A DNA stretch of 63,123 nt, the filler included, from Rhabdomonas costata (lineage: Eukaryota): the NCBI GenBank assembly GCA_019059605.1. It is 43 parts of 43 records of this genome, joined end to end, with 100 filler letters (N's around TTAATTAATTAA, not from the genome) between each part and the next. Parts side by side here need not be neighbours in the genome. Positions count along the whole stretch, not along the records: positions 51,470 to 52,839 come from JAHMHO010017965.1; positions 52,940 to 54,309 come from JAHMHO010017966.1; positions 54,410 to 55,778 come from JAHMHO010017967.1; positions 55,879 to 57,248 come from JAHMHO010017968.1; positions 57,349 to 58,718 come from JAHMHO010017969.1; positions 58,819 to 60,181 come from JAHMHO010017970.1; positions 60,282 to 61,651 come from JAHMHO010017971.1; positions 61,752 to 63,123 come from JAHMHO010017972.1; 35 more parts are not named here. One strand, written 5' to 3'. This document shows, one piece after another, positions 52,031 to 63,123 of the stretch. Positions within the stretch are counted from its first letter, which is position 1, and each line of letters begins with the position of its first letter. The translations under genes and the position numbers were made by a program. The notes beneath the pieces were generated by a model. That model did no database searches and was not told the origin of the DNA. It worked only from the letters and a program-made list of their open reading frames with translations.

Positions 52031-52748
52031 GCCGAGCAGTGGGGACAGGAGCTTCACCGCCTGCTGTCCACCTGCCCCGTCCCGCACCTCTCGCTCTACC
52101 AGCTTACGGTGTCCCCGAGCACCAGGATCGCCTCAGACTTGAGCCACCACCGCTGCGCACCGCTCCCGGACGAGGACGCTGCAGTGCGGCAGGTCGAGGT
52201 GGGTCAGGCCATCGCGGCGCAGTTTGGGCTGGGGCGGTATGAGGTCTCGAACTACAGCCGCGTGGGAAGGGAGTGCGCCCACAACCTCACGTACTGGAGG
52301 AGTGGGAACTTCGTGCCCATCGGTGTGTGGGAGGAAAGGCAACTGGAGTGTAAACGGGGATTCGGGCGTTGTATCATGACTTGCAAGTAATCACTCCACC
52401 AACCTTTTTATCAAATGAGGCCCCAATGACTGAACCAGCCTGCACTTTCAGCTCGTTCGTGTTGAATTGGTTCGCTTCGGAAAGTCCATCGTACATACAT
52501 GTATTAATTCAGGACCCGCTGCACATGGACGGCTCATGCTTCCCGGGGGCATAAGAGTGGCCCTCGCCAATCCTGTCAGTCCTGGGCAGTACTTGGCGAA
52601 CCTCTTCGACAGTGTAGCGCGGGAGCGCGCGCCCTCATTCGAGTGCAGCACGGCCCCGAAAGCATGTGCGGACCGCTGGCTGCGCTGGCTGACGTCGTGG
52701 TCCGGTACGGAGGCTCGGATTCTCACCGCCACGGAGATCGCTGCGGAG
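52031..52748 (+). CDS. RSAD1: Radical SAM heme chaperone HemW/RSAD1 (HemN-like), two exons
   Basis: HLSLYQLTV...LPDED...YEVSNYS...CAHNLTYWRSGNFVPIG (to 52322) joins exon 52513-52748 (G)PAAHGRL... in phase 1. Confidence 0.9.
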
Positions 52749-53314
52749 GTAATTGTATTACTGTTACAGACATAAGGCTTGCATATCGGCATGAAAACCA
52801 TCCCCATCCGACCCATTCAGACACTTTTTCACCCCACACNNNNNNNNNNNNNNNNNNNNNNNNNNNNNNNNNNNNNNNNNNNNTTAATTAATTAANNNNN
52901 NNNNNNNNNNNNNNNNNNNNNNNNNNNNNNNNNNNNNNNGGTGGTGTGTTTAAAAAGGAAGCAGAACCAGCCTCCATTCGCCGTTCCACGGAAGAACGGG
53001 TTCAATCGGTGACATCTAGGAGCGGTGAAATGTGCTTTGTGTTCACCCTGAGCCCTTATTTTCGCCTCCCTGAGAATTCAGAGCGCTTGGAAACGGACTA
53101 CTTTGCGATGTATCCTTTCCGGATTCCAGGGATTCCAGGTTAGCCCGTAGTTGGCTCCGCAGCTTGCGGTCACCTTGCCAAAGGGGAAACGATCCGAAGA
53201 CACGCGTGGTTCATGCACTCAATCCCTCCTTTCGAACAGGCAGCTAAGGAACGGAAGCAGTGCATTGTCGTTTAACGGTCAGCCACATTTGCGCTGTCTT
53301 TCCGTCTTGGGTAG

Positions 53315-53811
53315 CTTCTGCATCGACTCCACGATGCTGGGCCGCACCGGGGTGGACTACACTCTGATCTCCATGAAGTACGACCGGGTGTTTGAGGAGG
53401 AGGGCGGGGCGTACTTCCACGGGGTGCGCCGGATGAAGTTCGTGCCCGGCCTGCAGCGCGTGCTGTGCGCGGAGAAGTCCGTGATGAGAGCTGTCGATCC
53501 CCAGGTAGCGTTCACCTCCCCTCACCCCGGCACCCTTGAAACTTCCACCTCTCTTTTTCATTCGCAACGTAAGCACCACATAGATCCCAAACTCATTCGC
53601 AGGTCCCGTTACAAAGCAGCTCATCACACGCTCACTCTCGCAGACGTGGCAGCCCTCGCGGTACTCGGCCCAGGACCCGGGGATCATCCTGGACGTGGAG
53701 TTCCTCCCGGACACCTCGGAGGTTCTGCTGTCCTCCTCCGACCTCACTCTGAAGGTGTACAGCGCCGTCACCTTCGCCCTGGTCACGAAGACCAAGGTGG
53801 ATGTCAGCCAG
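53315..53811 (+). CDS. WD40-repeat protein, two exons
   Basis: Exons 53315-53504 and 53644-53811; ILDVEFLPDTSEVLLSSSDLTLKVYS is a WD40 blade. Confidence 0.7.
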
Positions 53812-54417
53812 GTCAGAATGCACAGCCTGTGGGGACTGGCACCTCTGAACTTTGGGCCGCTCCACGTTCCCCTCGCAAAGAATTTAATAGAATATCTTCT
53901 TTGTAGAGCCTGGAATCCGGAGGCACGTGGACCTCTTGCAGGTACTTTGACCAAGTGATACAACAATAACCGGACATCGAATGAATGCAGGGTGGATGTA
54001 GTCAGCGGGGAAGTCCGTGGGCCAAGACTGGGAAAAAAGAAGAGGAGGAGGAAAAAATGGGAAAAAGAAACAAGAAATTTTTATTAAACGCGGCGTTTCT
54101 GCTGTGGAACCTGCAGCCCTGGGCTTTCTTGAGACCATGTGTTGAGGTTTTGCTTCTGCAGCTTTGCGTAGTACGGTGCAAGACGCTGGCTATCTGATTT
54201 TGCTTTTCAACGCACACTTTTCCTGTTGAAACCACTCATACAGCTGACGCAGTGTGTGTTGGCATAAGATGTGAAAAAAGGAAGATATCCTGGCTGTCGC
54301 CCCCAACCCNNNNNNNNNNNNNNNNNNNNNNNNNNNNNNNNNNNNNNNNNNNNTTAATTAATTAANNNNNNNNNNNNNNNNNNNNNNNNNNNNNNNNNNN
54401 NNNNNNNNNGTGTGCGG

Positions 54418-54492
54418 TTTCATGGCCGGTTGTGTGTGTGCAAAACCAGCCACCGGCCCTCTTGTCTTGCACACACACAACCGGCCATGAAA
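54418..54492. repeat. Inverted repeat, 26-bp arms, at contig start
   Basis: 54418-54443 is the reverse complement of 54467-54492. Confidence 0.85.
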
Positions 54493-54518
54493 GCACACAG
54501 AGAGAAAAAGACAGAGAC

Positions 54519-55626
54519 CAGTGCAGCAATCGCTTTGCACGCAGCTCTGCGAGCTGCACATCGTAGACCAGGCCTTAGCAGTGAACCCCACGGGGCAGGC
54601 GTAACTGCCGCAGGTCGGGTTGGCTGCACGAACAAGCGGTCAACCTTAATACCACAGTTTGAAGGTGGCCTCGTTAAAAAACTGTCGCAACAAGAATCCT
54701 GCGCGCAAACTCACAGGTTGCACACCAGTGCAGCAGTCCGCCTGGCTGCAGGTCAGCGTGGAGCAAACCACGGTCGAGCCCTTCGCCGTGAAGCCCGAGG
54801 GGCAGGCCATGGCTCCACAGGTCGGGTTAGCTGTGCGCGTTTGGGTGGGTGTTAAGGTGTTTAGGTGGGAGTGATGTAACGACATCAAGGAAGGTAAGAA
54901 TCAGACATTCCGGCAGAAGGAACATTCGAGAGAAAAAGAAGAAACGCGGACGCACTTTTCCTTCCGCCATATTATGAAAAAAGTTCACCAGTGCAGCAGT
55001 CCGCCAGCCCGCATGTCGCAGAAGCGCACAATGTGCTGGCGGTCTTCGCGGTGAAGCCCGAGGGACACGGCACCGCTGGGGAACTCCCACAGCTCGGGTT
55101 GGCTGCAGACCCGTGGGGGTAGGGGTAGGGGAACGTACCCCAACCCGACCCCAGGTTTGGAGCACAAACACATACACGCGCACGCGTGCGCGTACACACA
55201 AACCCACACTCATTCAAAACACGAACGCACGGAGTTACCGAGTGATCTTTTTTTTTAGTTTGTCATGCTTGCTTCTCTGGTTCCTCTCTGTTTATGTGTG
55301 GGTTGGCTGGACTTGATTTGCGGTCATTTGTCAATGCCATCGTTTTGCTGTTGTCAGAAAGTCGGGAAGACTCCGAAGTCTCCGAATCTGCTAAACTACC
55401 TAACTACCAACCGCCAGCGGATGCCGGCCAAGAAGACAACGGCATAAACACCCCTTGAAAATACAGTTGAGCAGAGACACCAACAACCACAAAAGGATGC
55501 ACACACATACACACCACTGCAGCAATCCATCTGGGTGCAGCTCAAAGAGGCACAGACCGTTGCCGTGGCCTTCGCGGTGTACCCCAGGGGGCACACAATA
55601 GCCACTGCTGGTGCAGGTTGGGTTGG
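54519..55626 (-). CDS. Cysteine-rich tandem-repeat protein, one 6-Cys repeat per exon (4 exons visible)
   Basis: Exons 55626-55515, 55102-54989, 54830-54726 and 54623-54519 each encode ANP[TS]C-x3-6-CP.G[FY]TAK-x5-C-x4-C-x3-DCC[TS], all phase 1-1 with GT-AG borders. Confidence 0.88.
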
Positions 55627-58056
55627 CTGTGGACCCGAAGAAACAATATGGGTGCAGACCCAAATCTCACTCTATGTGCCTCTAGCTTGAGCGTAGGCCA
55701 CACGGAACCTCCATTGTTTGGTTCTCCGATCCTGAAGCTTTGTTAAAGACCCCAAAACTATCTAGCTCCCCCCACCACNNNNNNNNNNNNNNNNNNNNNN
55801 NNNNNNNNNNNNNNNNNNNNNNTTAATTAATTAANNNNNNNNNNNNNNNNNNNNNNNNNNNNNNNNNNNNNNNNNNNNTTGACAATGAACGTTTGACGTT
55901 TTTCAGGACGATCATAATAATATGAAATTCCGAAAATCATGACGACCGCTATGACGCTAATCCTAAACATTGTTGTGAAACTCTCTGAAATGTCGAAATT
56001 TGTGTTTTGTCGAATTTCCTAATGTTTGTTTTTTGAAAGAGTTGCTGTGGAACCGTGGAAAATGGCTACTGTTGTCTTGGATATGGAACTTTAATTCATA
56101 GGATTCCACCAATGGGAGAGAAAGCGGTTCACCCGAGGTTTGGCGGATACTGTCCAGAAGGAAGTTGCAAAAATAAACTTGTGGATGTTGCTCTTGCTGA
56201 ATGCGTATTTTTCTAAATTGTGTGATTTCTTTCGAGTTTCCACACAAACGCGTGCGAAGACAAAAAGAGGAAACCAAGGGGGACTTCGTCGGCGAAACAG
56301 ACCTGCACACGACAGAAGCAACGCATTTTTTTGTGTTGCGCACGACGATGGTTTCTGGATATCTCAGTGCTGATGCGAGCACCACCCGCCCACCCACACT
56401 GCACATCCACCACTTCAAAAGAGCCGACTTCAGCAGTCTCCTTTTTGCACTGGGACTCTCATCATTTCATTCAGGAACCTGCAGAGCGTCAAGCAGATTG
56501 TGTTTGGCTTTAATTGCGTGGACAATATGTATACCGGAATGCGAGGGGTGTTCTCCCCAAAGCGGTGCGGTGTGTTTGCCTGAAGTGGGACAAGAGCCAC
56601 AAGGATGTGGGGGAATAGCTATGTATGCGCCTGCCTTTCCTGATCGCCTCCTCTCCTCTCCCAGCTTTTTGGCTATTATCTTTTATGTTCTTGTGCTATA
56701 TCGGCACGGTACGGGACGTTTTCACACCGATCACGGGGTTGTTTTCGTTCTTTTTTGCTTGTGTTGAGCGTGGCGAAGTACTCCGTTGGAGTTCTTTACA
56801 GTTGTTGTGCTTCCTTTTTTTGTGCTCCCGCTCTGTTCAGCTCCGCTGCTGGGCTGATTGCGGTGACTCGTGATTTGCAGTGTGGTTTATGCTTACGAAC
56901 TGGTCGAAAATACAATTTGGTATGTGTTGCGATTTGCTGTGCACAATTCTTTTAAAAAAAATAGGAACCACTACTCGCCACTGGCGTTCGCCTCTATGCA
57001 GGTGGAAGTGGAGCAAACATATTATGCCCGTTCGCTTGTCACTATGTCGTTTATTTGCCGACCACGGGGTTAGGTTAAGTATGCATGTACTTGCTTGATG
57101 ATGTTAATGTTGCGAAAGAGGTTAGGTTTGCTGTTCTAGTGCCCCTTAGATGCCGATGTTAGTTCAAAATTTTAGATCGCTCAATAATGTTGAGTGTTTA
57201 ACCCAAAAAAAAATGCAACAGCCCCTTGTATGTACGTGACGACACAACNNNNNNNNNNNNNNNNNNNNNNNNNNNNNNNNNNNNNNNNNNNNTTAATTAA
57301 TTAANNNNNNNNNNNNNNNNNNNNNNNNNNNNNNNNNNNNNNNNNNNNGGGGGTTTGTAGTAGGTGCGGTCCCCGATGTTCACCAGCCGGTCCGAGATGG
57401 CTTAGTGCCCCCGGGACGCGGAACGAGCTGCTGCAGGGGCCGGCCGTGCAGCAGGAGGGGGCTGCGAGGACGTAACAGGCTGCTGGTGTATCCAGCCAAC
57501 CAGAGAGGAGTAAGAGGCTCGGCCGAGTGTCTGAGCTTTCGGAGACCAAGTGCGCTGGTGCCTCGGGCGTGGGTTGTGCGCGGAGTCAGAAGGGCAGGAG
57601 GCACTTGGGAGCGAAGGGCACTGAATGGGCCTGGAGCAGAGTCATCTGTGCGGAGAGAAGATGGAGACTACGAGCTGGAGTCGTCGACGGCTCGCGCCTT
57701 CGCAGTGGGCTGTTTAGCGTCGGTCATTTTTGACGGAAGAAGGGATAAAAGGGGGGAGGGGAGATGCACCACAGAAATTCGAATGAGGGCCGAAAGGGCA
57801 GGGAAAAGCAGCAAGAGACATGCGCTAACTTCGGTTTCCTTCAGGAACGTTCGTTTCTCAGCCCACCCGGGAAAGGACCAGAATGCACACAATGCGCAAT
57901 GAACTTTTCTAGCACTTTAATAACCCATTGGGATTGTGTACAGCATTGGGATTGTTTTTCGTTCTTCCGGACCCCACAGACAGAACCGCACATTTCTTGA
58001 ATCTTTTTTTCTTGAGTTTTCCCTTTCCCATTTTTTCCCACTCTGGCTCCACCCCA

Positions 58057-58202
58057 ATGGCGCTCCTGCTTGCTGCGGCAACTGCTGCTCTGGTGTGGGC
58101 GTGGGTAGCTGTTCCGGCGGTGGCCACTGCGGAGACGGTGCCCACTGTCTTTCGGGCTGCGTTTGCGTACAACACCGCGGCCAATGACATGGCGTGGACG
58201 TG
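58057..58202 (+). CDS. First exon of a signal-peptide-bearing protein
   Basis: MALLLAAATAALVWAWVAVPAVATA-ETVP after a pyrimidine tract; donor TG|gtacgg. Confidence 0.55.
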
Positions 58203-58818
58203 GTACGGGACTCTTTTCTTTCGCCTGCGAGAGCCTGCGAGAGGAGGAGCATGAAAGGCCATGTGCCCGCGCACCTATTTCTGCGGTTCTTCTGAACGCT
58301 TGGCTTCACCTATCCTGCTTTTCTGTTTTGTACTCGTAAGTGTTGGTTACACGCATTACCTCTTAGTGGATTAGAGAATCCGTTCGAACGCTAATTGTTT
58401 TTTGCTAGCAATTGCGAGCATTACAGACAATTGATTGATAATACCGTACAGAGACGTGGAACCATGATACATTTGTCCTCCCAGCATCCAGATGGAAGAA
58501 GCTTTTGAGGTTTGGAGGTTAGAGGATGCTTCCTTTTGTCCTGCGTGATGTACCGTAATATATTTGCAGGGGGGGGGTCATTGTCGTCTGAGATTGCAAT
58601 GGAAGATTTGCAGAAAGATTAGAGGCCAGCTCACGTGTCCTGGGGTAGTGTTTTGTTTGATTCGCACTACAGACGACGGTTGACACTTCCAACCATTGCT
58701 AGAACGACCCCAACCCCCNNNNNNNNNNNNNNNNNNNNNNNNNNNNNNNNNNNNNNNNNNNNTTAATTAATTAANNNNNNNNNNNNNNNNNNNNNNNNNN
58801 NNNNNNNNNNNNNNNNNN

Positions 58819-58957
58819 GTTTCTGAAATGGATGTCTGGTAGTTTGAAACGATCCTCTGTAATTCGCCGAATCCCACTCGGCAGATTCATTCAGCGCAGA
58901 GGAATTCGGCGAATTACAGAGGATCGTTTCAAACTACCAGACATCCATTTCAGAAAC
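58819..58957. repeat. Perfect inverted repeat, 54-bp arms, 31-bp loop, at contig start
   Basis: 58819-58872 is the reverse complement of 58904-58957. Confidence 0.9.
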
Positions 58958-59024
58958 CCAAATCACGTTCTTTTTTCACACCTGCATCCCGGTATGTCGC
59001 TTATCATCGGCCCGGTGGCTGCAG

Positions 59025-59911
59025 ATGGCCGACATTCGGGAGCAGCGTTACCGCCAGATGGGCCTGTCGTCGACGTACCTCTTCAAGGCCTCGGACTACG
59101 AGGTGATCGACGCCACCATGAAGGGCAACCTGGCGCGCTTCATCAACCACAGCTGCGAGGTGACTAGGGCTACAACGTTTCGTGCGACCATCCCCTCTCT
59201 GGAGTTTTTTTTTATTGTTTCCTGTTTGTTCATTGTTTGCAGGCGAGGGGGGTGCGCAAAATGTGATTGTACCGGGGATACGTTCCCTCCACCGTCTGAT
59301 GAGCGCATCATTTCAGAAGGTCTGGGAAAGTGGGAAGAGGGGTTCTTCGGCGACCTAGAGACCTGCCCATGGCATGGAACGCGCCAGTACTTCGGGTGTT
59401 GGCACATCTGTCCCGCGGGTCGGTGTGCCGGCGGGGCAAGGCCAACGGAATGCGAAGGAGAAAGGCTTGCATCGCAACCTCCACTGATGGTCGCAGCCCC
59501 GATTATGAAGAGCCTCACTCTTCTTTTTCAATTGCTCGCAGGTCCTGCATGGTTGTGGGATAGATGTGCCATATACAGCGTCTCGCTCACACCCACTTCA
59601 ACTCTATCTTTTCTTTTTCGCTTTGCCCATTTCTTTCGCAGCCCAACTGCCGAGCCGTCGTGCACCGCGTCTCTGCCCCGGCGGCATCCCCGGCAAGTCC
59701 TGGGACAGCAGCAGGCAACAGCCCAACAGAGGGGGGTGGCGGTGCACCCGCCAGCGCACCCGCCTCCGTGGAGTGCATCCTGCTATACGCGCAGCGCCGA
59801 ATCGACCCCTTGGAGGAGATCACATACGACTACCGTCTGGACCGGGAGCAGCCCAAAGACAGGGAGCCCTGCCGCTGCGGCGCCGCGAAGTGCCGGCAGT
59901 TCCTGAACTGA
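59025..59911 (+). CDS. SET1: SET1/Trithorax-type histone H3K4 methyltransferase, C-terminal SET + post-SET (last two exons)
   Basis: Exon 59025-59159 [17 protein letters not shown]...[19 protein letters not shown]; exon 59642-59911 PNC...EEITYDY...[13 protein letters not shown]. Confidence 0.9.
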
Positions 59912-60327
59912 GCGCAGCTCAGCATCGCTCGCATCGCGCTCTTTGGCGCCCACTGAGGCGTCTTCTGCGTTGTAACCTCTGCGCATGCCAGGGGACATTT
60001 TTCTGCTCCATATTTGGAATGGAACTTTCTCAAGTGGCAGGACCCTTTTTTATTCGCGCAAGGGCCTGACTTTTTAGCAAGATACAGAGCCGACGTCTTG
60101 CGGGGTCACGCACTCCGTTTTCCATGTATCAGTTTTCCTGGGGCCCATTATTTTCCCCTGACGTTGGATGCAAAAACCCCCNNNNNNNNNNNNNNNNNNN
60201 NNNNNNNNNNNNNNNNNNNNNNNNNTTAATTAATTAANNNNNNNNNNNNNNNNNNNNNNNNNNNNNNNNNNNNNNNNNNNNGGTTTGTTGGTTTAGGTGC
60301 GTTGCAGGTGGCGTGGGCTTTGTGCAG

Positions 60328-61314
60328 GTGAAGATGCCAAGTCCAAAGCCGGTTGAGGTGAAGCCAATTGGAAGTACAGGGCACGGCTGCTGCCTCAGTG
60401 GGGTCTCCGCGGTGGACTTCTGCCTCGTAATACCCGAGGTATGTTTTTGGTTGACCCTCGTGCGCCTGCAAACCGACATAACGCAGCCAATGTTTTTGAT
60501 GGTCCAACTAAAGCAGCAGTGCAACAGAGCTACTCGACGGAAGAGGCCCTGAAAATTTTCTCTGAGGAATTTTGTTTATTCATCTCTTTCTTTCGGGATG
60601 TTGGCTGTGTATATTTTTTATGTTCCATTTGTTAAGTGGACAAGTAGGTTTGGGCATTTGTCCGGATGTGTTCTGGTTGGGTAGCTTCAATCCTCCGCAC
60701 GCCAGTTTGGCAGTACCGGACGCTTGCAGCGTCACTGCGAGACAGAGGGGCAGCATTTAAGCAGTGGGTGACAGCAGAGAAGCAGTTGGTTCCGTATTCT
60801 TCAAAAGGAGTTCTGCTGCGGGCAGCCAACCTTGCGGCCGAAGTACCTTCAGCTTCGGGAGAGCTTTCTGGAGCACACCCGCACCTTTGTGACGGCGCAG
60901 AAGAGTGTGTCCCAGGTCACCGTGGAGAGCTTTGCCAGCGATGGCAGCAAGAAATTTCTCTCCGTGAGCTTGCACAATGGTATTGCGCACCGTATTGTCA
61001 ATCTCCCCAGTGCCTCGTCGTTTAAGATGTCTGATTTGCAATTTCTGCCTGCAACTCTCGGTCTTGTGGGAAGACTTTGGTGATTTTTCACCGATGAGGG
61101 CATCGCACGCGGCAAGCCTCCCTTTGTTCCGAACTGTCCATTTGCATACAAAGATACGAAATGGCAAAAGAGCGAATTTTACAGAAGCCACGACCAAGCG
61201 TGTGTTTTGGTTTCTTGGATTTCAATGCGCAGCCCCTTGCAAGGTGCATCTTCACGTTGCGCCGGGATGCCCAGACGACTTTTCCGAGGTCGGGTTTTTG
61301 GAGGCCAACCGCAG
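60328..61314 (+). CDS. NOL6: NOL6/Utp22 (Nrap) N-terminal region, three exons
   Basis: Exon ending 60438 PVEVKPIGS.GHG.....AVDFCLVIPE; exon 60808-60979 KYLQLRESFLEH...DGSKKFL; exon 61233-61314 KVHLH. Frames join and motif order matches Nrap domain 1. Confidence 0.6.
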
Positions 61315-61390
61315 GTTTTTGACTGTGTTCCGTTCCGTCGTTCACTGTCCCATTCTGTTCAAATGTTGATGCTAACCCTTTGGTTTTCCT

Positions 61391-61650
61391 TTTTGTCGTG
61401 TTCTTTTGGAATCGTTTGGTATCCCTCCGAACCCGTATTTGGACCATTCTTTTCTGCGTGTGTGCTACAGCATCTTTCACAGACTGCAGTTGCTGGTGAA
61501 ACCCCTTGCACTTGGAACCCTTGGTATAGTGGCATGCCAAAATGTAGGATGATATTAATGATCTTGTGCGCTGTGGCACACACGCAGAAAAGAATGGTCC
61601 AAATACGGGTTCGGAGGGATACCAAACGATTCCAAAAGAACACAACAAAA
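61391..61650. repeat. Inverted repeat, 81-bp arms (2 mismatches), 98-bp loop, at contig end
   Basis: 61391-61471 versus 61570-61650. Confidence 0.9.
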
Positions 61651-61751
61651 CNNNNNNNNNNNNNNNNNNNNNNNNNNNNNNNNNNNNNNNNNNNNTTAAT
61701 TAATTAANNNNNNNNNNNNNNNNNNNNNNNNNNNNNNNNNNNNNNNNNNNN

Positions 61752-63123
61752 GCACCAGAAGGCAATACCACTTGAGACACACCACCAGCACCGGATCCAC
61801 CCAACACAACAAAGCCCACCAAAATAGAAGCCAAGGTCTACAGCAACACGACACCCACCACACACGATTGCACCATACCCACACCCTAGCCACACACACC
61901 ACTCCCTTCGCCGACACACCCGAACCCTACGACACCCTCCCCACCAAATCCAGCATCCATAGCACACGCCTCGCAAACAGATGGATAAGCAACCACACCC
62001 ATGGGTAAGACCATACACGCCGAAGAACCACCGCAACACAACCCCATCCCTGCACCCTCACCACCCAACGCACCACAGAAGCAAGCACCACCCTAGCACA
62101 TGTTACCCACACCACCCAGTACACCCCACGCCACCGATCCCAACGCACCTTCACCACCCACCGTACACACAGCACCCTCAGCACCCACAGCACACATAGC
62201 ACCAGCATCCGATACGCACGCAACATCACCCACTCCACACGCAGCATCCACTCCACACGCAACAAACCCGAACGACAGCACCATGGCACACAGCGAACCC
62301 TTGAAGACGACCTAAGCAGAGGGACCGAAACCTGACACCAAGGACACAACTACCCCACCATGCACGCTCAACCCACACCAAGCACCCGTACAATCGACAC
62401 CATGACACGAAGGCATACCCGTAGCGCAAGAACCCGAAGCACAACCGACACGCAACCCCAGAAATGCAACCCCAGCACACAAGAATGCGAATACCGGTGT
62501 TGGCCCTTCCATAGCATCCAACAACCACGAATGCAAACCCAAGAATGCGGACTTCGAAGAGAACCCCAAGCACGAAAAGCCATCACCACATTGCCCAACA
62601 TCGACCCCAGCCCCCAACGCACCACCCATGTACACCTCAGCAATCCCAACACCATGCACACCCAAAGCACCCTGCGAAACCCAATCCATGCACACGTCAC
62701 CACCCTCGAAACCAGCACACACTCCATCCCACACCATGACATCAATACCCGCACCGCAAACGCACAAACCGACACCCAGCCCCAACCCCAAAATCACCAC
62801 GCAACCCCCAGCCACCCACGCAAGCACCCACCTAGAATCCACACCAATAGCAGCAGTACCACACACAGCGAGAGAACCCAAAGCAACAACGGAACCAAGC
62901 CCACCGACACCCGAAGCCAGAATCCACCCACCCAACGCTTGCGCGACAACCTGAACCAACGAGACAACGGAAGACCCCTAAGCGGAAGGACCGAAGGCCA
63001 AAAGCAACACGCACACACCAGCACCCACCTTGACCCACGAAAGCACCAACGAAGTACGAACCGAAACACAAGCAGCACAAGACGTAGCGAAGGAACCCAG
63101 CAAACAACGGAACCTCTGACCCC
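61752..63123. other. Strongly A/C-skewed low-complexity contig of unclear origin
   Basis: Plus strand is dominated by A and C throughout; ORFs are compositional. Confidence 0.6.

Noticed and set aside
1375-61751. Regularly spaced TTAATTAATTAA palindromes resembling a repeat array or CRISPR
   Set aside because: Embedded in fixed N runs; synthetic six-frame-stop linkers. No gene-neighbourhood inference across them is valid.
61772-63107. Long His/Pro/Thr-rich and Val/Gly/Cys-rich ORFs
   Set aside because: Expected by-products of the A/C skew; no domain signal.

Overview
This window is not contiguous DNA. It is a pseudomolecule of 43 unrelated ~1.36-1.38 kb contigs joined by 100-bp linkers (N44-TTAATTAATTAA-N44). 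Most contigs begin with G/T-only sequence and end with A/C-only sequence, consistent with K-primer (GenomePlex-type) whole-genome amplification. Most contigs come from an intron-rich eukaryote with GC-rich exons, GT-AG introns, TTAGGG repeats and a ciliary gene; a flagellate, possibly euglenozoan, is my inference. Recognisable spliced gene fragments include a USP7/47-type deubiquitinase, an ART-like+ankyrin protein, an RNI-like LRR protein, a histidine phosphatase, a dCache-like domain, a CMD/AhpD protein, an F-box protein, ARMC9, CSN7, an amino-acid transporter, VTA1-like, HemW/RSAD1, WD40, SET1-like and NOL6/Utp22-like proteins, a one-exon-per-repeat Cys-rich protein and decayed Ty3/Gypsy elements. 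The standout is an extremely AT-rich, intronless contig (19126-20491) with Mimiviridae/Imitervirales-like hallmarks: a D5-type primase N-terminus, an AAAATTGA early-promoter motif, a perfect 34-bp palindrome between convergent genes, and a Schlafen/AlbA_2-like ORF. Two of its three genes are disrupted, suggesting a decaying endogenous giant-virus insertion or a co-amplified virus. All protein calls are by-eye motif recognition; no searches were run.
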